From contig NIVC01001172.1 in assembly GCA_002269645.1 (NCBI GenBank), forward strand, positions 62,001-126,000: 64,000 nucleotides of DNA, written 5' to 3'. A program made the position numbers and the translations under genes. Shown here piece after piece: positions 40,701-51,370 of the stretch. Origin of the DNA: Macrostomum lignano. Lineage: Eukaryota. The notes under the pieces are model-generated. The model was not told where the DNA came from. It ran no database searches and worked only from the letters and a program-made list of their open reading frames with translations. How positions within the stretch are numbered: the stretch's first letter is position 1; each line of letters begins with the position of its first letter.

Positions 40701-43700
40701 CCCAGAGCATAATTCCTCTCAAACCACCCTCAGTGGGATGCTGCGCTCAGCCCAGTCTCACGAGTCCCTCATCGGTCCATCGCCGCACCATCAGCAGCAA
40801 CAGCAGCAGCTTCAGCCTCACCCGTCCAGTTTCAGCGATCGGTAAGTTAAACAAAGCTAACATGTGAAAGAACGAAAAGAATCGAACCCAGGACCACTTG
40901 CATATGCAGTTTGAATGTTCAGGCAATGAGAAACATCTGTTTTTATGCTAAGAACGTGAAAAGCCTTTATTAACCTGTGAGGTTGAAGTCAGAGACACCT
41001 GCCAAGTGCCAACTGGTTAAAGCAGTCCCAGACTTGCATCGGACCTATTGTGTTTACTTTAAGCTAAGCAGGGCTTAAAACTCGGAAAAGGGCCAAACAG
41101 CAAAACGGGTTTGGAAAGCTTTGCACTTTCCCTGTCGATCCAAACTCTATCTGTGCCCGGGGCACGTGCAATTTGCATTCTTGAATTGTTTGAATTAGAA
41201 GCAGCTAGGGAGAGTGGTGGGGCCAGAGCGGGAGGAGAGGTGCAATTCAGCCAGTCGAATGAAAGTTGAGAGAGTGGGAACTAAGGCAGGGAATATTCTA
41301 GGGAGTGTGGGATCAGGATCTTGTCCCGGCGAGGTCAGCGCCAGGCTGTTGGGATTAGGGAATCAGCCAGCCCTTAGTCTGCCAATAATTCGCCCCCTCT
41401 GCAGTGTTTTTAGAAGTACGCAGCACCAGATTGAGGTTAGTGGGAGAGAACCAGTATAGAAGGGAGTGAGGGAAAGGGGTTTAGCGCACAGGCCTTCAAC
41501 TTGTGCCTCTCCACCCTTCTCCCTCCTCTCTCCTCTCCTCTCTTTCTCTCCAAGGCAGACAGCAGAGCGCAATAGCCCTGAAACTGCAGCCATAGGTGCT
41601 TTGGTGGCTGGGGGGGGGGGGGGGGGGGGGGTGCAGTATCTTGTCTGCCTGCCCGACAGCCATGGTTGGCTGGCCTGTCTATAATTATACGCTCGTACTA
41701 ATATTAGTAATAAAGCTGTTCGCTGTCCCGCGGGCGAGAGCCGAGCCCTGACCGCACAAGAAGAGCTGTTGCAAAAATTGCCAACAGCCCCACAGTTGAG
41801 GGGAGCTTTAAATCCGATAGACCAGTTGGGTCAGCCCGCATAAGGGAGAGAGAGTGAGACGGCGGCATTAAACGCAAAAATGCTCAGCTGACTCGCGCTG
41901 GACTGCAATGGCGTCAACAAATGGATCTGGCGGCGGGCACAGAATCTGGACAGGGTCGCTGATGTACGGCAATCCACTGAGTTCTCTTCATTTGTAGCGT
42001 TATTATGATTTTAATGATTTTTTATCTCCTTAGGAGTTCCAGTGCTGGTTTACGTATGCTAAAAATCTCTTCAAGCAACTGCAGGAACTATAAAGGGTAA
42101 CTTTCGTATCCAACCTTCGCTGCAGCCTGAAGAAGGTGAACAGGCCCGACCTGGAGAACACGCGCCATCGAGACAACTCGCTGAAGCTGTGGATCTTCGA
42201 GGCTAAAAGACTGCCGCCAAAGAAGAGGTTAGCGAGCTGAAGCCCTATTTTATCTAACTTTCTAGGTTAATATCAAACGCTCTGAAAAAATCTGATTGTA
42301 CTGTGTACTATTGAATCACTTCAGGTACTTCTGCGAAATTTGCCTGGATCATATCCTGTACGCCAGGACTACTACAAAGGAGAAGACTGCGGATTCTGAC
42401 CCGTTCTGGGGCGAACCTTTCGAGTTCAGGTGAGATTTTGATAAAAGCTGGGATTTGAGATGATGCAAATGGACAGGAAAGAATGGGAATGAGAAGTATA
42501 GAGATGGGAAGAATGGGAATGGGAAGAATGGGAATGGGAAGAATGGAAAGGAAAGAATGGGAATGAGAAGTATAGAGATGAGAAGAATGGGAATGGGAAT
42601 GGGAAGAATGGAAAGGAAAGAATGGGAATGAGAAGTATAGAGATGAGAAGAATGGGAATGGGAAGAATGGGAATGGGAAAATGGGAATGGGAAGAATGGG
42701 AATGAGAAGTAAAGAGATGAGAAGAATGGGAATGGGAAGAATGGGAATGGGAAGAATGGAAAGGAAAGAATGGGAATGAGAAGTATAGAGATGAGAAGAA
42801 TGGGAATGGGAAGAATGGGAATGGGAAGAATGGGAATGGGAAGAATGGGAATGGAAAGAATGGGAATGGGAAGAATGGGAATGGGAAGAATGGAGATGGA
42901 AGGAATGGGGATGGGAGGAATGGGAATGGAACGAATATTATCAATTAGAATTCAGAGACCATTGTAGCTGACAAACTCCCCGATCCCAAACGCAGCAACC
43001 TGCAAGACATCGCCCTAGTAACCGTGAAGCTATTCCGCGAGGCGGACAAAAAGAAAAAGAAGGACAAGAATCAGCTGATTGGTGAGGTTCGCCTGCCAGT
43101 GCACGACATTGGCTCGGCCATTGAGCAATGGCACTCGCTGGCGGCGCCTCAGCAGCCTCAGCAGCAGCCGCAGCCGCAGCCACAGCCACAGCCGCAGCTA
43201 CCCCAGCAGCCGTGCATCAGACTCCGCTCGCACTACATCAGCATAGATGTGCTACCATTGCAGTGCTACAGAGGCCTGCACCGGTGCCTCATGCAGCAGG
43301 CTGAGCCTCTGGTGGCCGCCCTGGAGCCGCGGCTCAACCTTCGCGACAAAGAGGAGCTGGCGGCACGCCTGATCTCCGTGGCTCACGCTGACGGTGGCGC
43401 CCAGGAGCTGCTGACTGGCCTGGTGATGCAGGAGCTGTCTGCCTCCGCCAACGACTTGCTGGTGTTCCGTGGCAACAGCATAGCAACCAAGGCGGTGGAG
43501 TTTTTCCTTCGGCTGGTTGGCAGCGACTATCTTCGCCGGGTGCTAACCGAGCCGCTCAGCATCCTGCTGAGAGATGACCCGCAGTGCGAGGTGGACCCCC
43601 AGCGGGTGCGTCATTTATCACTACGTCAATCTAGCATTCTTATTCAAACTTTTACTAATCAGCTTGTAAATTAATCTCGGGGTTGTAAATAGAGAAGCAG

Positions 43701-45630
43701 AGCGAAATTCAGCGGTGTTTTATTTAAATTCAAATTGGATTTTAGGTCGAATTGAACTGAAAAAAATCAATATGAGGGTGTAGAAAGTTAGAGGGAGTTA
43801 AGAAATGTCTACCATGGCTGGATTGAGTTTCAATGGATAACCAATGTACATTGTATAAGACTTAGAAGAGGGGCAGAGAGAAAAAGCAAGAGATAAAAAG
43901 TTCTAGCATGGCAGGCTTGAGTGGCGATCGATAACCAATGTACATTGGATAAGACTTGGAAGAGGGGCAGAGAGAAAAAGCGAGAGATGGAAAAGTTCTA
44001 GCATGACTGGCTTGTGGGGCGATCGATAATTTTAACCAATTTACGTTTTATAAGACTTGGAAGAAGGACAGAGAGAAAATGGGGGGACAGATAGCAATTT
44101 TGCAACAAAGATTAAAAGTACATGTACTTTTCGCCGTTCACTTTAGGTGGACGCCCCGGACACCCTAGCAGCCAATCAGCGCCGACTTCGAGAATTCGTC
44201 GACCTGTTCTGGACTCGTGTGCAGGCCTCGGCTCCGGCCGTACCGCCCGAGATCGGCCGCCTGTTCGCGCTGATCCGCCAGCGCCTCGCTGAGTCCCGAC
44301 GCCCCGAGCTCGGCGACACCCTGGTCAGCGCCAGCCTGTTCCTGCGCCTGCTCTGCCCCGCCATCCTCGGCCCGACCCTATTCGGCCTCACCCAGGAGCT
44401 GCCGAGCCAGCGGGCCGCGCGTTCCCTCACCCTCATCGCCAAGACAATCCAGAATCTCGCCAATGGTACCCTGTACGGCGCCAAAGAGGCCTACATGCAA
44501 TTCATGAACAGGTTCCTGGAGGAGCGCACCACCGAGATGCGGCTGTTCCTCAAGGCGGCGTCGAGGCCCAGTCAGCTTCCCGACGCTCCGCCCGGCATTG
44601 ATCTGGGCTGCGAGCTCGCCCAGCTGCACCTGCTGCTCAGCGCCACCTGCTCAGACCAGCAGCAGCAGCAGCTTCAGGAGCCCTGTTTGGCAGCTCTTTC
44701 CAGCCACTTGGCCACCCTGACCCACTGCCTGCGACACGGTGGCTACCTTGCACCTGCAGCAACTCCAGGATCTTCGTCTTTAACAGCGGCAACAGTCCAA
44801 CAAGACGACGACGACGACTGGGTGTACAGCAACGTTGCGGAGCCTTCGCCGCCACCGCAGCCGCATCAGCAGCTGCCGCTGCAGCAGCAGCAGCCACCGC
44901 AGGCCAGGCGGCATCAAGAAAACTTGAATTATCAGCACTATCCAGCCGCGCCAAGCTACCAGCAGCAGCAGAGGCAGCACAGCACCCAGGAGGACTGGAA
45001 GAAGATGCTAGAAGAGGCCAACAGTTTCGCTACTGCAACCAGCGTCCCAGCCGGTCAGCCGGCCAGCGGCTCCGGCGGCGTCGCCGGCTGCGCGGCGTCT
45101 GGCGCGGCGGCCTCGACAACCGGCAGCAGCGGCTACCAGAGCTTCGCCGCCGCCTCCCCGGTGCAGTTCTTCAACCCCACCTATCAGAAGGGCTGCCTGC
45201 CGCCTCTCTACTCCCAGTCGCGCCGCAGCTCCGACAGCTCCGAGGTCGACAACGACGACAGACAGCGCCGGCTGGCCGACGACGACTACGAGGGCGGCGA
45301 GGAGGACGACGACGAGGACCCGCTGGACAGCCCGCCGAGGGAGCGGCGCCTCGGCGGCCGAGGCAGCTCCTCCTCCGAGATGGCCAGTTCAGAGGCGTCC
45401 TCGCTGGGCCGGTCGCAGCGTCATCAGTTTGCGCCGCAGCGTCGCGAGGTCGCCTCGCAGGCGTCGCAGGCGGCCGCCAGCAAAGTTCGGCCCCCCGTTG
45501 GCTGGCCCTCGCCGTCAGACGCCGAGGCGATGCGGCTGAAGACCCGGTCGCTGGGCCCGGGAGCCGGCCTGGACTTCAACAACTTTGGAGTCGGAGGCGC
45601 TGGTGGAGGCAGCGACGATTCGCTGATGTT

Positions 45631-45664
<34 letters not shown>

Positions 45665-46548
45665 GTTCGAATGGGACTAAGGTGAGGCTTGAGACTCGAG
45701 TCATTGATCCATGGATCGGTTAAATGAATGGCTGATACGTTCGGTATGTTATTAATAGGGTGATAGGTTAAATAGATCGATAGACCGAAAAAGCAATTGG
45801 TTGAGAGATTGATAAAATGATAGAATGATACAATGACTTTTTATTAGAGGCAGGGGCTGTGTGCACCTGAGCAGGCACACAAGCGCGCGGATACGTACGC
45901 AGTCACACGCACAGGCACACACTCACACAGGAGTGTACAGCGGCCCTAACTTTATTTATCGTTGGACATGTACACTTCACTGTGCCTTGGGGGTTGACCC
46001 TCAAGAGCGTTAGTTGCACGAGGATGCAGAGCCAAGCCGAGACTCCAGTTTAGCCCCAAATTAATGAGACTGCACTGGGAATCGAACCTGGGCCGCTGCT
46101 AGAGCACTGGGCTACGCCACTGGGCTACGTTATGACTAATTGATAGAAGGCAGGTGGGCAGATGAAGAACTAAGACTCCGAAACCCTGAAAAACCACAGA
46201 GCCACCCAGGGCCAGTCGCAGCAGCACCACCGGAGCAGCCAGCAGCAGCTGCAGCAGCAGCCGTCTCCAGGCTATGACAACGAGTTGCAGAAATTGCAGC
46301 GCGAGTTAGAAGAGACCCGTCAACGTCTCCAGGCCACGGAGGCCCGGTTGCGCTCCAATGAGCAGGAGAAGGTGCAGCTGATTGCCCAGTTTGAGAGCCG
46401 ACAGCAGCAGCAGCAGCAACCTGGAAGCAACTCTTCAACGCCAAACTCCGCCAACCAGCAGCAGATGATGGAGATCCTGGAGCGTTTGCAGAGTCTGGAG
46501 AGCACCATCACGGCCGGCAGGCGGCAGAATGCAACCGATTCGATCTAA
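14383..46548 (+). CDS. RASAL2: Ras GTPase-activating protein of the SynGAP/DAB2IP/RASAL2 (nGAP) family; spliced, about 1254 aa
   Basis: Exons 14383-14530, 36741-36898, 37629-37891, 38464-38850, 40734-40841, 42126-42227, 42325-42429, 42996-43605, 44147-45681 and 46200-46548. All introns are GT-AG and phases chain to 3765 nt in frame. Family motifs: [17 protein letters not shown]2 domain ([24 protein letters not shown]...FWGEPFEF), arginine finger [28 protein letters not shown] and the C-terminal coiled coil. The symbol denotes a family co-orthologue. The first exon is the least certain. Confidence 0.88.
14545..15035. repeat. 16-bp minisatellite (TTCTGTCTATGACCCA)n
   Basis: Direct inspection. 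Begins at the splice donor. Related array at 48775-49345. Confidence 0.95.
15925..17170. repeat. 20-bp minisatellite (GAGTATGAGCACACAGACTG)n, about 60 copies
   Basis: Direct inspection. Source of the three 427-474 aa minus-strand ORFs. Confidence 0.98.
17850..18430. repeat. 24-25-bp minisatellite (CACTGAAGGATGGCGCCTCACCCC[C])n
   Basis: Direct inspection. No unique spacers. Confidence 0.97.
18879..19247. repeat. (ACTG)n microsatellite, about 92 units
   Basis: Direct inspection. Confidence 0.99.
19248..20063. repeat. 10-bp satellite (CCCTGTCTCT)n
   Basis: Direct inspection. Directly abuts the (ACTG)n tract. Confidence 0.98.
20605..20990. repeat. 12-bp minisatellite (CTACCCTTTTGT)n
   Basis: Direct inspection. 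Confidence 0.95.
21640..23370. repeat. 14-15-bp pyrimidine-rich satellite (CTCCCTCTCATTGT)n with higher-order duplications
   Basis: Direct inspection. A variant block beginning CAATGTCTCCCTCTCATTGTCTTGTTCTCAG recurs at about 21887, 22608 and 22985. Confidence 0.97.
24050..28305. repeat. Purine-rich satellite (GGGAGACACTGAGA[GA]n) with a ~2.3-2.5-kb higher-order duplication
   Basis: Direct inspection. Rare variants recur at offsets of 2280 (24811/27091) and 2497 (25591/28088). Confidence 0.97.
28875..30340. repeat. 12/9-bp satellite (GAGGCAGAGAAG / GAGGCAGAG)n
   Basis: Direct inspection. Translates as EAEK/EAE in one frame. Confidence 0.97.
30880..31805. repeat. 20/26-bp minisatellite (GTACCTGTTAGACAGATAGT)n
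   Basis: Direct inspection. Confidence 0.96.
32455..32553. repeat. (ATT)n microsatellite
   Basis: Direct inspection. Confidence 0.95.
33400..34045. repeat. Purine-rich ~13-bp satellite (GAATGAAGGGAGA)n
   Basis: Direct inspection. Confidence 0.95.
34975..35348. repeat. 21-bp minisatellite (CTCTCACCCTTATTCTCCTGA)n
   Basis: Direct inspection. Confidence 0.95.
35755..36065. repeat. 21-bp minisatellite (TTACTCAAATTAGATGGTGTC)n
   Basis: Direct inspection. Confidence 0.95.
36741..40841 (+). CDS. RasGAP N-terminal exons (36741-36898, 37629-37891, 38464-38850, 40734-40841)
   Basis: Canonical splice sites with consistent phases. KIK|[18 protein letters not shown] and SAQSHESL match the SynGAP-family N-terminal/PH-insert motifs. 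PolyQ tracts present. Confidence 0.8.
38027..38360. repeat. (AATAG)n microsatellite in RasGAP intron 37892-38463
   Basis: Direct inspection. Confidence 0.98.
38857..39573. repeat. 17-bp minisatellite (TCTCAGCTCTGATCTCA)n, about 42 copies
   Basis: Direct inspection. Starts at the GTGAGT donor (38851). Confidence 0.98.
40125..40698. repeat. 21-bp minisatellite (GGAGATCTGAATCTCACTGTA)n
   Basis: Direct inspection. Ends about 35 nt before the acceptor at 40733. Confidence 0.96.
42126..46548 (+). CDS. RasGAP C2, GAP and coiled-coil exons (42126-42227, 42325-42429, 42996-43605, 44147-45681, 46200-46548)
   Basis: C2 and RasGAP motifs are colinear with SynGAP/DAB2IP. Stop TAA at 46546-46548. AATAAA at about 46770, 46887 and 47061. 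Confidence 0.93.
42478..42930. repeat. Purine-rich satellite (GAATGGGAATGGGAA)n
   Basis: Direct inspection. Fills most of intron 42430-42995. Confidence 0.95.
43835..44090. repeat. Tandem ~95-100-bp repeat, about 2.7 diverged copies
   Basis: GATAACCAATGTACATT..ATAAGACTT.GAAGAGGGGCAGAGAGAAAA recurs at about 43836, 43930 and 44035. Confidence 0.8.
45838..46128 (-). mobile_element. Degenerate tRNA-derived SINE in the last RasGAP intron
   Basis: Minus-strand A-box-like GTAGCCCAGTGG (from 46128), B box GGTTCGATTCC (about 46078-46088) and an A-rich end. A body fragment CTCACACAG(G)AGTGTACAGCG recurs at about 62590. Confidence 0.5.
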
Positions 46549-47157
46549 CGCACCCTTGCACCCTTAGACATGACGGCGTCTTGATATTAATGTAGATTTG
46601 AAAATTTCAAGGTCGCGTATACACTGCAGTACCCCACAGGTGTTTTGCATTGCCTTGGAAATGAATTTATGTAACTAGAAAAATGTGCAATTATGTCAAC
46701 CGTATTACGAGAGTTTGCACACGCAGCAAGATGGCGCTTTACAAAGAGCAAACTGGTCATGCAGTTGTAAAATAAAGAACAAGCTTAGCCTTTTTTCGGA
46801 TGTGACACACATGAATTATAGATGCCCTGTTTCTGTTGTATGTACACTGTTTGTTGCTATTGGTCTTCTCTAGGCGCCACGGAGTTAATAAATATTTACA
46901 CCTGTTGTCAACTCCCGCTTATCTCATGCTCTGACTCTCATTTTCTCTCTCGTTCGCATGCTTGGTTTTTTAAATTAAAAAGTTGTCACTTCAATTAAAA
47001 CAAAAAGCTAGTTGTGTTATGCTGTTAGCATGGCGAATTGCCATTGCCTTCTTCGAACTCAATAAAGTTAAATACAAGCTCGTATTGTACACGCTGTCCT
47101 ACTGTTGGTCAATGATTTATCAATCTATTTTTGGAAGCAAAAGTGGGGTGGGCGTCG

Positions 47158-47468
47158 CGACCAATCAGCGTTGAACACCCCCCTTCGCCCATTTTCGACA
47201 ACCAATCAGCGTTGAACACCCACCCCTTCGCCCATTTCCGACAACCAATCAGCGTTGAACACCCACCCCTTCGCCCATTTCCGACAACCAATCAGCGTTG
47301 AACACCCACCCCTTCGCCCATTTCCGACAACCAATCAGCGTTGAACACCCACCCCTTCGCCCATTTTCGACAACCAATCAGCGTTGAACACCCACCCCTT
47401 CGCCCATTTCCGACAACCAATCAGCGTTGAACACCCACCTCTTCGCCTATTTCCGAAAACCAATCAGC
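47158..47468. repeat. 43-bp minisatellite, each unit carrying CCAATCAG (7 of 8 also CACCC)
   Basis: CCAATCAG at 47161, 47202, 47245, 47288, 47331, 47374, 47417 and 47460. Confidence 0.95.
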
Positions 47469-48774
47469 TTAGAGAGCGGGGCTTGTTCGTTCTCTGAATT
47501 ATATTTTAACTAGACTGGAATACGACTACACTCTTGGTCTACATGAGTACACAGAAATGACGCTCTACCTGTTTGTTCATTGGTCTGTATAATTAAACCT
47601 GGCTAACAACCTAACAAGTTAAATTATTCTTTTTATGGTTATGGCTAAGGATGTTTCGTGTCTATGACAGAAAGAGAACTTCGATCACTTGCTTGCCACC
47701 AAAGTAATCAAAATGCACAAAATAGCTTGAACATTTGAAGGTCATTTTTTTACGCGATTTAGTCTATAGTAGCAACTACTTCGGTATTTAAATATTAGAA
47801 AATGTTCTCCTTCCTAAATGAGAAATTATCGTTAATTTTGCTCATCTCTGACATGCTGCTACAGATGGTCAATAACCCATTGTGGGGGGGGGACATCACA
47901 GCCGAAAAATCACAACACCGAATGTAAATAAAATTACGAAAGTATTACAAGCCCGAAATATCACTTAATAATAAATGCCATAGACTAAAACCGTCGTGGG
48001 TCGCACGGCCCGCAAAATCATGGGACAACTTCATTGCTACACTTGCTGCTAATTTTAATGGATTTTTCCAATTGCTCGGCTTATATGATTAACTTCAGTG
48101 ATAAAAGCATAGATGTAGCAGATGAAGCTAACAAGGCAAAACTGGTTTTGCGCGAATTGGTTATTCGAATTGTAAACAACAGTCGGGCACGGAAGCATCC
48201 ACGAACTGGCTCGCTTGATTTGGCTTATCACAGCGGCCTGGGGGTATCAGGCCGGCAGGGTGGCAACTGCGGTGACCCTTAAAAATTTTCTCAATCTGTA
48301 ATCTGGTTTTGTCTGCGCGAAAGCTCTCTGAAACGTATAATATTAACCAAAATCAGCTATAAGCATTGTATGACATGATTTAGACAAATTCCGATGTTCA
48401 GTGCGAACAGACGAGAAATACAAACTATAAAACTCCTTTACTGCTACTCAAGCGCAGTAAGTAGTAAGTAGTACATGAATGAACTCAATAAGAGTGAAAC
48501 AAAAAGTGTTTGTTGAATAAGATACATTTTCTTGGCAAACGGTACGCGCAACTAACTGCAAGCATCATAAAACTGAAATTAATTGGCATTGTAAATTCCA
48601 AAAACACACTGCTGGGAAGTAAGCAGTCTTAGCAGTAACAGAGCCAAAACAGAGCAAAGCCAAAAGAGAAATAAGATTATACACAAGATACTTCTAATGC
48701 ATATAGATAAACTGATAATCGATTGCAGAAAAAAACTCTTGTTTAGAACCAAAGTGTCAATAATTCCAACGCCT

Positions 48775-49345
48775 ATGATCCAACCTGTCTATGAACCAAC
48801 CTGCCTATGACCAACCTGTTTATGACTCAAACTGTCTATTACTCAAACTGTCTATGACCCAAACAGTCTATTACCCAAATTGTCGATAACCTAAACTGTC
48901 TATGACCCAAACAGTCTATTACCCAAACAGTCTATGACCCAAACAGTCTATTACCCAAACTGTCTATGACCCAAACAGTCTATTACCCAAACTGTCTATG
49001 ACCCAAACAGTCTATTACCCAAACTGTCTATGACCCAAACAGTCTATTACCCAAACTGTCTATGACCCAAACAGTCTATTACCAAAACTGTCTATGACCC
49101 AAACAGTCTATTACCTAAACTTTCTATGACCCAAACTGTCCATTACTCAAATTGTATATGACCCAAACAGTCTATTATCCAAACTGTCTATGACCCAAAC
49201 TGTCTATGACCAACCTGTTTATGACTCAAACTGTCTATTACTCAAATTGTCTATGACCCAAACTGTCTATGACCCAAACTTTCTATGATCAAAACTGTCT
49301 ATGACCCAAACTTTCTATGATCAAAACTGTCCATGACCCAAACTA
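48775..49345. repeat. 16-bp minisatellite (AAACTGTCTATGACCC)n
   Basis: Direct inspection. Shares the core CTGTCTATGACCC with 14545-15035. Confidence 0.95.
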
Positions 49346-51039
49346 CTTGTCTCAATTTTTTACTGAGAAATTGTCAATACTTATTTTAAAAATGATCCCT
49401 TTAAACTGGGTGATTTATAAGTAGGTGGTGTGTACGGCATGGCTAAAAAGAGGAGCACAGTGACTTACGAAGCAAGCAATGCAGTGGCTTATCAGTGCCA
49501 TCAGCCAGAGCAGTGGCAGAAGAAACGGTTGAGACAGCCGCTTTGGCGCCTTATCTCATAAATTTTTGCTCAATTTTACTCGTAGTTGAGTCCTTAAGTC
49601 GTAAAATTACCAGTTTTAGCTAATAAAAAATTGTCGAAACAAAGTCTATATATTATCTGGCGATTTTAAAAGTTCATAACTAAATTATTAGACTATAAAA
49701 AGTCTATGGACAGCAGATAAAAAGAACTTGCTGAGATGTCTTATAAAATATTCTAAGAATTTTCACTTTCACATCAACCTTTCCTAGAAAATATTTCTGT
49801 AGAAGTCGTTATTTCGAAGAAAATTGTTTTTTATTCCCTAGAAAGTGCATATTTTCTTGGAGAATCTTTACTTTCGAGAAATCACAATTTACTAAAGAAA
49901 TCGTTGCTTTTTCTTAGAAACAATGTTCAATAGGGCTAAGCACTAGAATTGCTGCATTTGCAATTATAAATGTTTTACAACCTACATTCAATTATAAGGT
50001 ATGTATCCAACCGTTTTCAAACTCAATGTTTGCAACATTACAACCGGCTTGAGTTCTACGAGAGCAACACATCTAGCTTGTCAAGAGGGCAAAGTTTCTC
50101 TAAATCTATATTTATAATTCTTGCTGGCGAATCTGGCTCGCTTCTTTAGAAGTGGAAAATTATCAAATGTGTGCTTTTAGAAGCAAAACCACCCCTACTT
50201 AGACTAACCACTTAGCCTTAGCCATACAAATCGCTGCTGCAATTGTAAACTGGCAGTACAGTGCAGACAGGGCAGACCCCAGCAGACTAACAGTATAAAG
50301 AATTGAAAAGCAGAAATTCTGATGCGGTCTGCTGTCAACGCGAGTGAGCGAGCTACTTAAACAACCCTAAAAGAAGACCGCACAGTGCTTTCTGGCCACC
50401 TGAATAATGGCTGGCCTGGATAAAGGGCGAGTTTTTTCGCAACAGCAAGACGATAAAATTACTCACTGAATTGGCCCAAAACACCTGTACAGCAGGCTGG
50501 AAGGAATAAAAACATGAAGCACGATCATTGTATGGCCAGTAGCACCGTGGTACTTTGCACGATCTGACCCAAACTTGAATAGCACTTTGGTTCAGTTTTT
50601 AGCCTCAATTACGAGCGCACATACGAGCGTAGCACAAATAAGTTTTATAAACTCATAGCAGAAAGAAGAGTTTAAAAATAACAGGAAATGTTTTTTCTGG
50701 AATTTAAATAAATATTATCTAAATATGGATAGCTTTACAGTTCTTACATAGAAATTTCTACTTTCTAAAAATCTAATTTTCAAATACTCTTTTCAATAAA
50801 AAATAAAAAAGCTTTATCTTTAACCACACTAACCACCAACCATTAGATTCTATAAGAGTGTCGTCTTGAGAAATCTCTCTCTTCTACAATTGCCTATTTC
50901 CACGAAATACATCTTTGCTACAAGCAAATTTCTCCAAGGAAGCCATTTTTCATGGAGAGCACAATTTTTTATAAATCCATCTTTCTTAGAAATCATTTTT
51001 TCTAATACGACTAGAAATCTGAATTTCCTACGAACCAGT

Positions 51040-51360
51040 GTTTTTCTAGAAATTGACATTTCCTAGAAATCTGTATTTCCTAGAAATCAGTATTTCCTAG
51101 AAATCAGTATTTACTAGAAATCAGTATTTCCTAGAAATAGATATTTCCTAGAAATCAGTGTTTCCTAGAAATCGACATTTCCTGGAAGTCTGTATTTCCT
51201 AGCAATTGACATTTCCTAGAAGTCTGTATTTCCTAGAAATCGACATTTTCTGGAAGTCTGTATTTCCTGGAAATCGACATTTCTTAGAAGTCTGCATTTC
51301 CTAGAAATCGACATTTCCTAGAAATCAGTATTTCCTAGAAATCAGTATTTCCAAGAAATC
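51040..51360. repeat. 17-bp minisatellite (ATTTCCTAGAAATCAGT)n
   Basis: Direct inspection. Immediately 3' of the DEG/ENaC stop codon. Confidence 0.95.
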
Positions 51361-51370
51361 ATTAGAAACT

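Noticed and set aside
44176-44980. Antisense and alternative-frame ORFs over the RasGAP, DEG/ENaC (52308-53817) and ELOC (62877-63272) exons
   Set aside because: These are shadows of GC3-rich coding sequence.
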